A DNA stretch of 35,318 nt from a virus (lineage: Duplodnaviria > Caudoviricetes), in the IMG/VR virus record IMGVR_UViG_3300035494_000069, positions 1-35,318 of that record; one strand, written 5' to 3'. Made by a program: the position numbers and the translations under genes. Of this stretch, positions 17,577-25,409 are shown piece by piece. A model generated the notes under the pieces. The model made no database searches. It was not told the origin of the DNA and saw only the letters and a list, made by a program, of their open reading frames with translations. Numbering within the stretch: the first letter of the stretch is position 1; every line of letters starts with the position of its first letter.

Positions 17577-18237
17577 TGGTGGCTAGTTGCCAGGCGGTGC
17601 AGATGACTTCGTTCCAGATGATTGTAAACCAGGCACCCCAGAAGAACAGCCAGGGCATGATCCAGTCGGTGAAGCCGGTGCGGTGGATGGCGACGTACAA
17701 GATGGTTTTAAGCTTAAATGCTTTCCATTCAGGGCCTTCTACTTCAAGAACCTCGGGAGCATGCTCCTGCCATTCATAATCATTGGTTGTTTTTGGAGGA
17801 TCGTTTTTTATGTATGAAGTGCGGATCTTGAAGTAGAAAAGCCACTTTCCAAATAATCCATCAAATATAATGTCATCCAGTTTGCCTCTTATACCAGTGT
17901 TCGTATTGGGGACTTTTGAGCTGTAGGTGGCCATTATCTCCCGCAACGAAGGCTTGATATTAAGTTCGTGCAAGCTGGACTTTTCTTCGATTAAAAACTT
18001 TCTGATAGAGGAGAAGAAAGGGCCAGAGTATTCTGAACTGTACTGATAATACCGCCACGCATAATACAGATACATCACAAGAATCATCGACTTCAGCTGC
18101 CATGCATCCAGCGTGTGCAGCCCCAAGTTCTTCAGCAGTCCGATCTCGTTGAAATCCCCCGGCCCCATGTAGAACAGGATAATCCCGATGCAGGTGATCA
18201 TCAGGTTGCGCCGCTGTCGATAGACCTTCTCTTCCAT
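17572..18237 (-). CDS. AT-rich moron encoding a membrane protein of unknown function
   Basis: Much lower GC than flanks; about three hydrophobic segments; start placed at MEEKV after GAGGGA RBS. Confidence 0.75.
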   Translation of the reverse strand: MEEKVYRQRRNLMITCIGIILFYMGPGDFNEIGLLKNLGLHTLDAWQLKSMILVMYLYYAWRYYQYSSEYSGPFFSSIRKFLIEEKSSLHELNIKPSLREIMATYSSKVPNTNTGIRGKLDDIIFDGLFGKWLFYFKIRTSYIKNDPPKTTNDYEWQEHAPEVLEVEGPEWKAFKLKTILYVAIHRTGFTDWIMPWLFFWGAWFTIIWNEVICTAWQLATM

Positions 18238-18279
18238 GCCCTGTCCCTCGTGTCCTGTTGAACGGGCAGAGTACCGCAT

Positions 18280-18726
18280 TCAGGTGGCGGGCTGAATACC
18301 TGCAGGCATTGGGGCGAGGTACGGCGACAGCAGCAGATCCCTCGGGGTGATGCGGTGGTGGCCAGCACTGCGCAGCAGCGGATGGCCGGTGGACTCGAAC
18401 GCCCAGGCGACCAGCTCGCTGCAGAACCAGCGGTCGGGTTGTTGCCAGTTGCGGCGAGCGATCAGCCCTGCGATCGCGGACCAGTCGTAGGGTTTGCCCA
18501 GCTGCTCCAGGGCGGCATCGATAACGCGGCTGGGTGCATCGACGGTGAGGCGGGTAATGGCCGGGAACGGCTCAGGCTCGCGGATCGCCACGCCACCATC
18601 ACTCCTGGCCCCCAATAGACGGCCGTCCGGCAGTACCAGGTCAACATGGGAATACGGGGACCAAGTAAACCGCCGGACCAGCCAACTGGCTGGCCCGGTA
18701 CCAGTGCTGAATTGCAAGGTGATCAT
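18280..18726 (-). CDS. YiiX/YebB-like permuted papain-like (NlpC/P60) amidase
   Basis: YSHVDLV (His) precedes LGKPYD...WFCSELVA (Cys); start overlaps RT stop (ATGA) with GGAGG RBS. Confidence 0.88.
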   Translation of the reverse strand: MITLQFSTGTGPASWLVRRFTWSPYSHVDLVLPDGRLLGARSDGGVAIREPEPFPAITRLTVDAPSRVIDAALEQLGKPYDWSAIAGLIARRNWQQPDRWFCSELVAWAFESTGHPLLRSAGHHRITPRDLLLSPYLAPMPAGIQPAT

Positions 18727-19754
18727 AAGCACCTCCTGAACACCACGCTCCCCAGCACCCGCCGGCGGATGGTTTCGCTGTTCGCGTGGTTCGCATGAGC
18801 CACCCATGAGGCGATGCGCTGGCGGATCTCCGTCGGGGCGATCAGACCCCTGGCGTACTGCCACTCCATCTCCCGCATCCGCCGCTTCATGCGGCGCACT
18901 GAGTCCTTGCGCAGCAGGCGCTTGTGCGGCCAGATCCGGTAACCCAGGAAGTTCACACCCCGGCTGGCAGGCAGCACGCTGGCCTTGCTGAAGCGCATCC
19001 CCATACTGGCCAGCTTGTCGTCGAACGCCTGGCGAAGCTCCAGGGCCTCCTCCTTGGTCCGCACCAACACCACCATGTCGTCCATGTAGCGCGCATAGCG
19101 GCGCAGGCGCAGGTCACGTTTGGCCCACTGGTCGATGCGATTGCCCACCAGGTTGGCGATCCACTGGCTGGTCAGGTTGCCCACGGGGATGCCTACAGGG
19201 TCCGGGTCCGCCGGGTCGGCGGTGCTGTCGATGATGGCATCCAGCACACTCAGGGCGGCCGCGCAGCGGATGCGGTCGCGAATCACCGCCTTGGCCTGGT
19301 CGTGGCTAATGGAGAAGAAATACTTGCTGACATCCATTTTCAGCACCCAGGTGTCGCCGCTGGCGACCATGCCGCGCAGCCACTTCTCGACGCGATCCGC
19401 GCCCACGTGGGTGCCCTTACCGACGCGGCAGGCGTAGTTGTCGAAGATCATAGCCCGGTCCCAGATCGGGCCGGTGATGTTGCAGATGGCGTGCTGCGCC
19501 ACCCGGTCCCGATACGGCGCCGCCAGGATCTCGCGGCGCTTTGGTTCGTACACCACAAAAGAGCGGTATCGGCCCGGAGTGTATGTACCCCATAGCAGCT
19601 CCATCTGGAGCGCGCCCAGCTCCTCCCAAAGATTGGCTTCGAAGGCCGCCACCTCACGGCGGTCGCGCTTACCGCGACGCGCCAGGCGGTGCGCTTCCAG
19701 CAGGTTGTCCCAGTCGATGATCTGCTCGATCAGTCGCTTATTCTTGCTTCCCAT
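18723..19754 (-). CDS. DGR reverse transcriptase
   Basis: EPKRREI, YRDRVAQHA, LKMDVSKYF, GIPVGNLTSQ (DGR-type SQ), RYMDD, FLGY; no maturase or endonuclease domain. Confidence 0.96.
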   Translation of the reverse strand: MGSKNKRLIEQIIDWDNLLEAHRLARRGKRDRREVAAFEANLWEELGALQMELLWGTYTPGRYRSFVVYEPKRREILAAPYRDRVAQHAICNITGPIWDRAMIFDNYACRVGKGTHVGADRVEKWLRGMVASGDTWVLKMDVSKYFFSISHDQAKAVIRDRIRCAAALSVLDAIIDSTADPADPDPVGIPVGNLTSQWIANLVGNRIDQWAKRDLRLRRYARYMDDMVVLVRTKEEALELRQAFDDKLASMGMRFSKASVLPASRGVNFLGYRIWPHKRLLRKDSVRRMKRRMREMEWQYARGLIAPTEIRQRIASWVAHANHANSETIRRRVLGSVVFRRCL

Positions 19755-20081
19755 GTGTCGTCCATTTGATTCAGGGCGCCCGGGAGGGGCTTTCGCTCGG
19801 GGCTACTCACGCCGCCCGGGCTATCGTGTTCGGCCCGCCGGAGCGGGACCGGGATAGATCGGCTGACCCCCTGTTAGGGATCTCAGGTGACGGCAACACC
19901 GTTGCCGCCCTCTCTGGTATTGGTGGTCACAGACGCAGCGCAGGCCCACATTGCCATTCGCGTTCCACGGATTCGCGTTGGAGTTCAGGCAGCGAGAGCC
20001 GCAGCGGACACCGTTGTCGAATTGACCGCCGCCAATGAAGCAGCGCCAAGAGGCGTCGAAACCCGACCGACCCCTTAACGG
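19755..20081 (-). ncRNA. Probable DGR template RNA region (TR plus structured spacer)
   Basis: Non-coding avd-RT interval containing TR and several GC-rich stem-loops; transcript ends unknown. Confidence 0.7.
19926..20054 (-). repeat. DGR template repeat (TR), 129 bp
   Basis: 120/129 identical to 20450-20578; all 9 differences are coding-strand A in this copy; 7 AAY codons. Confidence 0.97.
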
Positions 20082-20444
20082 TCAGGCGCCCAGACGCTGG
20101 CGCCAGGCGCCGATCATGGCGCCGATCTCGGATAGCTGCTTGCTGGCATCGCCCACACGCTTGATGCCCAGCAGCTTGCGTTCTGCTGCATGACGCAGCA
20201 GGGCGTGAAGGTATCGGACCTGTTCATCTGCGCGGTAAACCTTGCTTTTCTGATTGCTCATGGCCGCCTCAATCAGGCGCCGCACCAGCTCCCATAGCTC
20301 GTCCTCCAGCCGGATGGCGTAGCGGTAGCGCTGGTGTTTCGGGATCTTGTCGATGTGCGGCGCCAGGTCGATGATCAGCCGCTCGGCCTTGTTAACGATA
20401 ACCAGACCCCGCTGTCGCGGGGCCTTTTCAGGGGTCATGGTCAC
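20082..20444 (-). CDS. avd: DGR accessory variability determinant (start GTG 20444 or ATG 20438)
   Basis: Basic helical ~120 aa, IPKHQRY and EIGAMIGAW motifs, between VR and TR. Confidence 0.92.
   Translation of the reverse strand: MTMTPEKAPRQRGLVIVNKAERLIIDLAPHIDKIPKHQRYRYAIRLEDELWELVRRLIEAAMSNQKSKVYRADEQVRYLHALLRHAAERKLLGIKRVGDASKQLSEIGAMIGAWRQRLGA
20405..20424 (-). other. DGR target-recognition hairpin/cruciform downstream of VR/IMH
   Basis: GGCCCCGC-GACA-GCGGGGTC: GC stem with GRNA tetraloop ~25 bp after VR. Confidence 0.7.
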
Positions 20445-21508
20445 AGGGCGTCACAGACGCAGCGCAGGCCCACATGGCCATTCGCGTCCCACGGAATCGC
20501 GTGGGAGTACAGGCAGCGAGAGCCGCAGCGGACACCGTGGACGAATGGACCGCCGCCAACGAAGCAGCGCCAAGAGGCCGCATCGCTCGCGCCGTAGACA
20601 TAGCTGCGCATTTCACCGCGCGCAAAAGCAGCATCCTTGCCCACGTCCACGATGGACTTGTCCCAGCCCGTGCGGTTTTCCAGACCCAGGTCGTAGTGGT
20701 CGTCCAGCCACTCCCACAGGTTCCCGGCCGCGTCCACCACGTTGAACATGGAGACCGCCTTGGCAACAGCCCCGGTGTTGGTCGGCCCGGTGTTGGTCGT
20801 GGCGCTCCAGGCGGTGTCGTTGTTGCCGTCGTTGCCCTGGGGGGCGCCCTCGGCGTAGGTCAGGAACTCCTCGGCAGACGGCAGGCGTTTACCGGCATTG
20901 CGGGCCAGCAGGCGGAAATCAGTACGGGCGTATATGTCATCCTTAATCGGCACAGCGCCGTAACGGCTGACCGGGATATTTTCAGGCCAAGTGCCACTGC
21001 CCTCGCTGTTCAGGTAGATATCCACCCACAGCCTGCCGGGGATCACCTCCACCATGCCAGTGGGGTCGCAGGTGGGGCGGTGCTGCAGGTCCCACACGCT
21101 GTTAGGCACGATCTGCACCGCCGGCGCGTAGGCCGTGTCGTAGCGGTTGGCCACCGGGCGCACACGGCCGTAGTGGAAGCCGCCGAGTTTGCGACTACTG
21201 GCAGCGGCATACCCGGTCGGGAAGGTTGAATTCTTGGATGCAACCCATTGGGCAATACCGCTGGCATCCTGTACGGCATAGATATAAACATCGTCACCCA
21301 GGGCGAGTGACGAAAACGACCCATCTGAATTCAAAACCGGGTCCCAGTTTGGCGTAGCTGCCAGCAAATACCCGTTGGCATTGCCCCCGATATTAACCAT
21401 GCCCTCCGGCAGATTAAGCGTGTTGCCCGAGCCCTTTTGTATATGCCCGAACAGAGAAATAAACCCAGCTGCCTGGGCGGGAATTACTATTTTATCGCCA
21501 GCGGCCAT
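20441..21508 (-). CDS. DGR target: Mtd-like receptor-binding protein with C-terminal CLec (FGE-type) fold
   Basis: WVDIYLNS, RLPSAEEF, DAAGNLWEW, terminal VGLRCVCD; VR in the last codons; located in the tail-fibre locus. Confidence 0.92.
   Translation of the reverse strand: MAAGDKIVIPAQAAGFISLFGHIQKGSGNTLNLPEGMVNIGGNANGYLLAATPNWDPVLNSDGSFSSLALGDDVYIYAVQDASGIAQWVASKNSTFPTGYAAASSRKLGGFHYGRVRPVANRYDTAYAPAVQIVPNSVWDLQHRPTCDPTGMVEVIPGRLWVDIYLNSEGSGTWPENIPVSRYGAVPIKDDIYARTDFRLLARNAGKRLPSAEEFLTYAEGAPQGNDGNNDTAWSATTNTGPTNTGAVAKAVSMFNVVDAAGNLWEWLDDHYDLGLENRTGWDKSIVDVGKDAAFARGEMRSYVYGASDAASWRCFVGGGPFVHGVRCGSRCLYSHAIPWDANGHVGLRCVCDAL
20450..20578 (-). repeat. DGR variable repeat (VR), ending in GC-rich IMH-type tract
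   Basis: In-frame 3' end of the target gene; 9 A-to-N changes relative to TR. Confidence 0.97.
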
Positions 21509-21509
21509 T

Positions 21510-21842
21510 TCAGCTGTTCTCCACAGTCGTAATCAGTTGTTCTACTTCGTCAAGACTGAACCCGAATCGATAGATCGTTGCTGCCGGATTCTCCTCTCTC
21601 CGCATCTGGCGGCGGACACCCTCTTCATCGCTGAGCACTATGAACGCAGGCGCTGCACCATCAGGCAACTCACCTTCCGCAAGCACGCGATCAAATTCGT
21701 AATGAAACCGGTTATCACGCAGAGACTTCAGAAAATCCAGGCCTCTGGATTTATTTTCGTCTGTGGCCCAGTCTGTACCCAAAAACCCAACAAGGTATTC
21801 AACATCAGCTCTGGTATTGATGTGTTTCGGATAGCCGTACAT
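21510..21842 (-). CDS. Hypothetical protein, possible fibre/Mtd adaptor or chaperone
   Basis: GAGGAGG RBS; abuts gpH and the DGR target. Confidence 0.75.
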   Translation of the reverse strand: MYGYPKHINTRADVEYLVGFLGTDWATDENKSRGLDFLKSLRDNRFHYEFDRVLAEGELPDGAAPAFIVLSDEEGVRRQMRREENPAATIYRFGFSLDEVEQLITTVENS

Positions 21843-22442
21843 TTAAACCTCCTCTAATGCCAGGCAACCGCTGATCAATATCTGCTTATGCGTCATGATG
21901 CCTATTTTTTTGCTCATATTGGCGGCGAGCTTTTTCGATGTGACTGCATCCTGATCATCTTCACCCGCATCCACCTTTTCCTGAGTTGCCAGCCGAACGA
22001 TACCCTGCACCGTCTCACTCGCCGGCGGCATTGCAAACGAGGTATCCCCGAACGTCAGGCTGTTCGCATCCAACGTGCCCAGCACGATATCGACAGCCAG
22101 CAGCAGTGATGAAGCGGCGGCTTTCTGCGCAATCGGGTTGACCGGGTCGGAGTAGACGGCGAACAGGGTGCCGCTGTCGGTGAACAGGCCGATCTCGTTG
22201 ACGGTGTAAGCGTCACCGGTTTCGTCTTTGATGGTGACGTGGATGGTATCGGCTGAGACGACCTGCCCGGCGATGGTTGCCAAGCGCTTGGTTTCGGCGG
22301 TTAGCGCTGTCTGCTCAGGCGCTGGTTCGTACTGGCCGGCACCGAGGCCGATCTCGGCGATGGTAACCGGGCCGGTACCGGTGTTGGTGGCGTTGATCAC
22401 TTCGGCTCGGCCGGCGTCTGTGATGGTGATCTGCAGCGGCAT
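21843..22442 (-). CDS. H: Short gpH-like tail fibre (baseplate-anchoring N-terminal part only)
   Basis: ITDAGRA...VNEIGLFTDSGTLFAV...ASETVQGIVRLAT; follows gpI; only 199 aa. Confidence 0.85.
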   Translation of the reverse strand: MPLQITITDAGRAEVINATNTGTGPVTIAEIGLGAGQYEPAPEQTALTAETKRLATIAGQVVSADTIHVTIKDETGDAYTVNEIGLFTDSGTLFAVYSDPVNPIAQKAAASSLLLAVDIVLGTLDANSLTFGDTSFAMPPASETVQGIVRLATQEKVDAGEDDQDAVTSKKLAANMSKKIGIMTHKQILISGCLALEEV

Positions 22443-22443
22443 G

Positions 22444-23055
22444 TTATGCCTCCTGTAGTGTCAATCGGGTGTAGGTAACGGGGCGAGCAGCGCCCTGCAG
22501 GCCCATGCCGCCCTGGAAGGGTTTCTCGGTCAGGCGCAGGCGGGCAAACGCAGCGGTGCGGATGATGCCGCCAAGGCCCAGCCCGCCGGTGGCTGACAAG
22601 CCTGCGGTAAACGTGAAATGCGATCGCACGGGCTTGGTGCGGCTCACTTCACTGATGATGTCTTCCTGGTACTCGGCTGTTGCCGGCACGCTACCGCCCA
22701 ACGTCAGGACCAGCTCGAATGTGTGCGGCGTACTCACCGGTTCTTTCTGCCACCACTCGCGCATGGCAAGGCCACCACCGAATGACTCAACCACATCGCG
22801 CACCGATTGTGCGGTGCCTTTGCGGCGCTGAATCTCGATCGCCTGACGGATCCGCTGCCGCTTCACGGCCTCGGGCCAGTAGTCTTTCCAGGAGTCGATG
22901 GACAGCGCCCATGCCAGCCAGGGCAGCAGGTCAGCCGGGCAGGTATCTGGGTTCCAGAGCGTGCGCAGCGGTACCGGCAGATCGGTGGTGCGCTCGGTGG
23001 TGGCCTCGATCGCGTGTTCGGTGTCGGTGGCGTTAGGCGGCAGCAGGCTACTCAT
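22444..23055 (-). CDS. I: Tail protein I
   Basis: SLLPPNAT...LWNPDTCPADLLPWLAWALSID. Confidence 0.95.
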   Translation of the reverse strand: MSSLLPPNATDTEHAIEATTERTTDLPVPLRTLWNPDTCPADLLPWLAWALSIDSWKDYWPEAVKRQRIRQAIEIQRRKGTAQSVRDVVESFGGGLAMREWWQKEPVSTPHTFELVLTLGGSVPATAEYQEDIISEVSRTKPVRSHFTFTAGLSATGGLGLGGIIRTAAFARLRLTEKPFQGGMGLQGAARPVTYTRLTLQEA

Positions 23056-23953
23056 CGACGCCTCCGTTGGTCAGCGTGATCGCCGTGCAGTAGGTAGCCT
23101 GCTGACGGTCCACGACGATATCGGCGGCTGGCGATACCAGATCTACACGCTGCACGCCCGGCTGATGCAGGGCGGCGTAGATGCCGGACAGGGTCACATC
23201 ACGGCCCAGTGCATGCTGCTCGGCAGCGTAGGCCTCGGCTGCCGCCTGTGCGGCGGCCATGACTTCAGCGCTGCCGGGACCGGCGTAGAAATACAGGGTC
23301 GCGGTGATCGCGTAATCGACGATTGCGGCGCTTTGTACGGTGACGTGATCAGTCAGCGGTCGCACGGATTCGGCGGACAGGGTCGCGTCCACGGCATCGA
23401 GCAGCGCCTGATCGGCGGTGCCGTCACCGGTGCGGGACAGGACGGTTACCACCACATCGCCGGGAGTCGGGCTGATTGCACTGGCATCGAGCACATCACC
23501 ATCGGCGCTGAGCGCGTGGAATATGTACGCACCCTCCGGGCCTGCGGTGCTGTAGCCTTCCAGCGCGAGGGTGATGCGGCGGCGGTAGTCCTCGTCCGCT
23601 TCGTATGTCGCCGGTACCGGCGGCACTGCATCGGGATCGCCAGCATCGATCAGCAGGCGGGTGACGCCGAACAGGGCGCCGAGGTTGTCCAGGTCGGTGC
23701 CCAGGGCATAGGCGAGCATGTTGGCCTTGGCGGCCTCGTTCACGCGCTGGCGCAGCACGGTCTCGCGGAACGCGCACACTTCCAGCAGTTTCACGGCCGG
23801 CTCGGATTCCAGTTGCAGCACATCAGCCAGCGAGGCATCGCGGCTGATTAGATCGGCTTTCATCTCGGCGAGGATGGTCTCGAAGTCGATCACCTCGATA
23901 ACATCAGGGACGGGCAACTGGGCGAGATCGATTGCGGTAAAGCCTCCGCTCAC
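23048..23953 (-). CDS. J: Baseplate J
   Basis: IDLAQLPVPDVIE, STAGPEGAY, VRPLTD. Confidence 0.95.
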   Translation of the reverse strand: MSGGFTAIDLAQLPVPDVIEVIDFETILAEMKADLISRDASLADVLQLESEPAVKLLEVCAFRETVLRQRVNEAAKANMLAYALGTDLDNLGALFGVTRLLIDAGDPDAVPPVPATYEADEDYRRRITLALEGYSTAGPEGAYIFHALSADGDVLDASAISPTPGDVVVTVLSRTGDGTADQALLDAVDATLSAESVRPLTDHVTVQSAAIVDYAITATLYFYAGPGSAEVMAAAQAAAEAYAAEQHALGRDVTLSGIYAALHQPGVQRVDLVSPAADIVVDRQQATYCTAITLTNGGVDE

Positions 23954-24291
23954 AGGCCACCTCCAATGCGTGCTGTTGTGCTCATGTCGTTGTTACCCAG
24001 TCGGCCCGCCACTTCCACGGTGGCACCGGCCGGGGTGTTGTATTCCATGGTGATCCGGCTGATCTGAAAGCGTGGCTCCCAGCGCATCACAGCAGCAGCT
24101 GTGGCGGCATACAGGCGCAGCAGGGTGGTCTGATTCAGCGGCTGGTCGATCAGTTCGGGAATGACGCTGCCGTACTCGCGGCGCATCACGCGAGAGCCGA
24201 CTGGCGTGGTCAGAATGTCGCCGATGCTTTGGCGGACGTGGTCTTCCAGGGTGTCGATGCCGGTGCCGGTGGTTTTGTTCAGGCCGATCAC
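23950..24291 (-). CDS. W: Baseplate W (gp25-like)
   Basis: HVRQSIGDILTTPVGSRVMRREYGS...WEPR. Confidence 0.95.
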   Translation of the reverse strand: MIGLNKTTGTGIDTLEDHVRQSIGDILTTPVGSRVMRREYGSVIPELIDQPLNQTTLLRLYAATAAAVMRWEPRFQISRITMEYNTPAGATVEVAGRLGNNDMSTTARIGGGL

Positions 24292-24899
24292 TGGGCACCT
24301 CCGGTAGTACCGCCGCTGTCGCCCGGGTGGGTGTGGCTCTTCAGGCTTATGCCATCGGCGGTCAGGTCGCCACCGGTGATCTTCACGTTACCCTGGATGG
24401 CGGCGGCCGAGCCGCTGCCACCACTCCCCGCCATGCCTGCCAAGTAGGTCAGTAGGCCTTCAACGGTGAGCTTGCCTTTGACAGTGGTCTGGGGGCTGTC
24501 GATGGTGACCAGTGTGGGGGTCTTTACGGTCACGTTGCCCACGCAGTCCGCCGTCAGGTGATGGCTGCTGCTGTCGTACTGGATGACCGTGCCGTCATCG
24601 AATTTGATCAGGTCGATATCCGGGCTAGTACTCGGCGCATCGAGCGCGCTGGTATACAGAATCTGGATGATCACCGCCTGAGCCGGGTCACCAGACGGGC
24701 AGGCCAGCACCACCTGAGTGCCGGTGCGCAGCGGTCGCCAGCGGCGGTAGTTGCGCCCAACCTCGGCAGGCCACGGCAGCCAGCCGGTGAGTAGGCCGCC
24801 GGTTTTCACACGGAGCTTGCGCGCAGCGTGGTCCACCTGGTCGATGGTGCCAAGGCGGATCAGTGATTCAATGCGGCGGTTCAGGTCGGCGGTATTCAT
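24288..24899 (-). CDS. V: Baseplate spike V
   Basis: LIRLGTI...TGWLPW...HTHPGDSGG (HxH iron-binding tip). Confidence 0.93.
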   Translation of the reverse strand: MNTADLNRRIESLIRLGTIDQVDHAARKLRVKTGGLLTGWLPWPAEVGRNYRRWRPLRTGTQVVLACPSGDPAQAVIIQILYTSALDAPSTSPDIDLIKFDDGTVIQYDSSSHHLTADCVGNVTVKTPTLVTIDSPQTTVKGKLTVEGLLTYLAGMAGSGGSGSAAAIQGNVKITGGDLTADGISLKSHTHPGDSGGTTGGAQ

Positions 24900-24905
24900 A
24901 CCCCG

Positions 24906-24964
24906 ATAATGCACAGGCCTCGCGCGGGAGTAGAGCGAGGGTGTGTGTAGACCGGGGTTATACA
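24906..24964 (-). promoter_or_regulatory. Late promoter pV with Ogr-type activator site
   Basis: TGTAG-N9-ATACA (24946-24964), CCTCGCGCGGG, -10-like CATTAT. Confidence 0.7.
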
Positions 24965-24968
24965 GGCA

Positions 24969-25409
24969 TCAGATGAGATGCTGGATCAGCAGGTCTTGCA
25001 CCAGGTCGATATCGTCCGGTGTCCAACCGATCAGCTCGCGCTGTTCGTATTTCACATCGGGGCCGTTCTTGGCCACGCGATCGCGCAGGCCGTAGTGGTG
25101 GACGCGGGCGAGTTTGGCAATATCGCCGAAGAAGCCGACGCTGACGCTGTTGGCGTTGTACTTGGCTTTCAGGTACTTGGTGGTGCGCAGCTTGGTGAAC
25201 ATCGCTTTTCGCCGTACCCGGCCGGTTTTGGCTTGCCCGCGTCTGGGGGCATAGGCGCTGCCATCGGGGTTGCGCTGGTCGGCGATGCGCTGGCGTTGCG
25301 ATCGGCGCAGTTCGATGGAGATTGTGCGGGCCAGGCGCTTGCGCTCGGCCGGTTCCAGCTTTTCAAGCAGCGGGGTTGCCCAGGTCTCCAGCCGGTTGAG
25401 ATCAGCCAC
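24969..25409 (-). CDS. S: Tail completion protein S
   Basis: LRRSQRQRIADQRNPDGSAY...ARVHHYGLRD. Confidence 0.92.
   Translation of the reverse strand: MADLNRLETWATPLLEKLEPAERKRLARTISIELRRSQRQRIADQRNPDGSAYAPRRGQAKTGRVRRKAMFTKLRTTKYLKAKYNANSVSVGFFGDIAKLARVHHYGLRDRVAKNGPDVKYEQRELIGWTPDDIDLVQDLLIQHLI

Noticed and set aside
18723-19754. RT as a group II intron, retron or Abi RT
   Set aside because: No maturase/endonuclease domain or retron VTG motif; has the GNLTSQ motif plus adjacent Avd and a TR/VR pair
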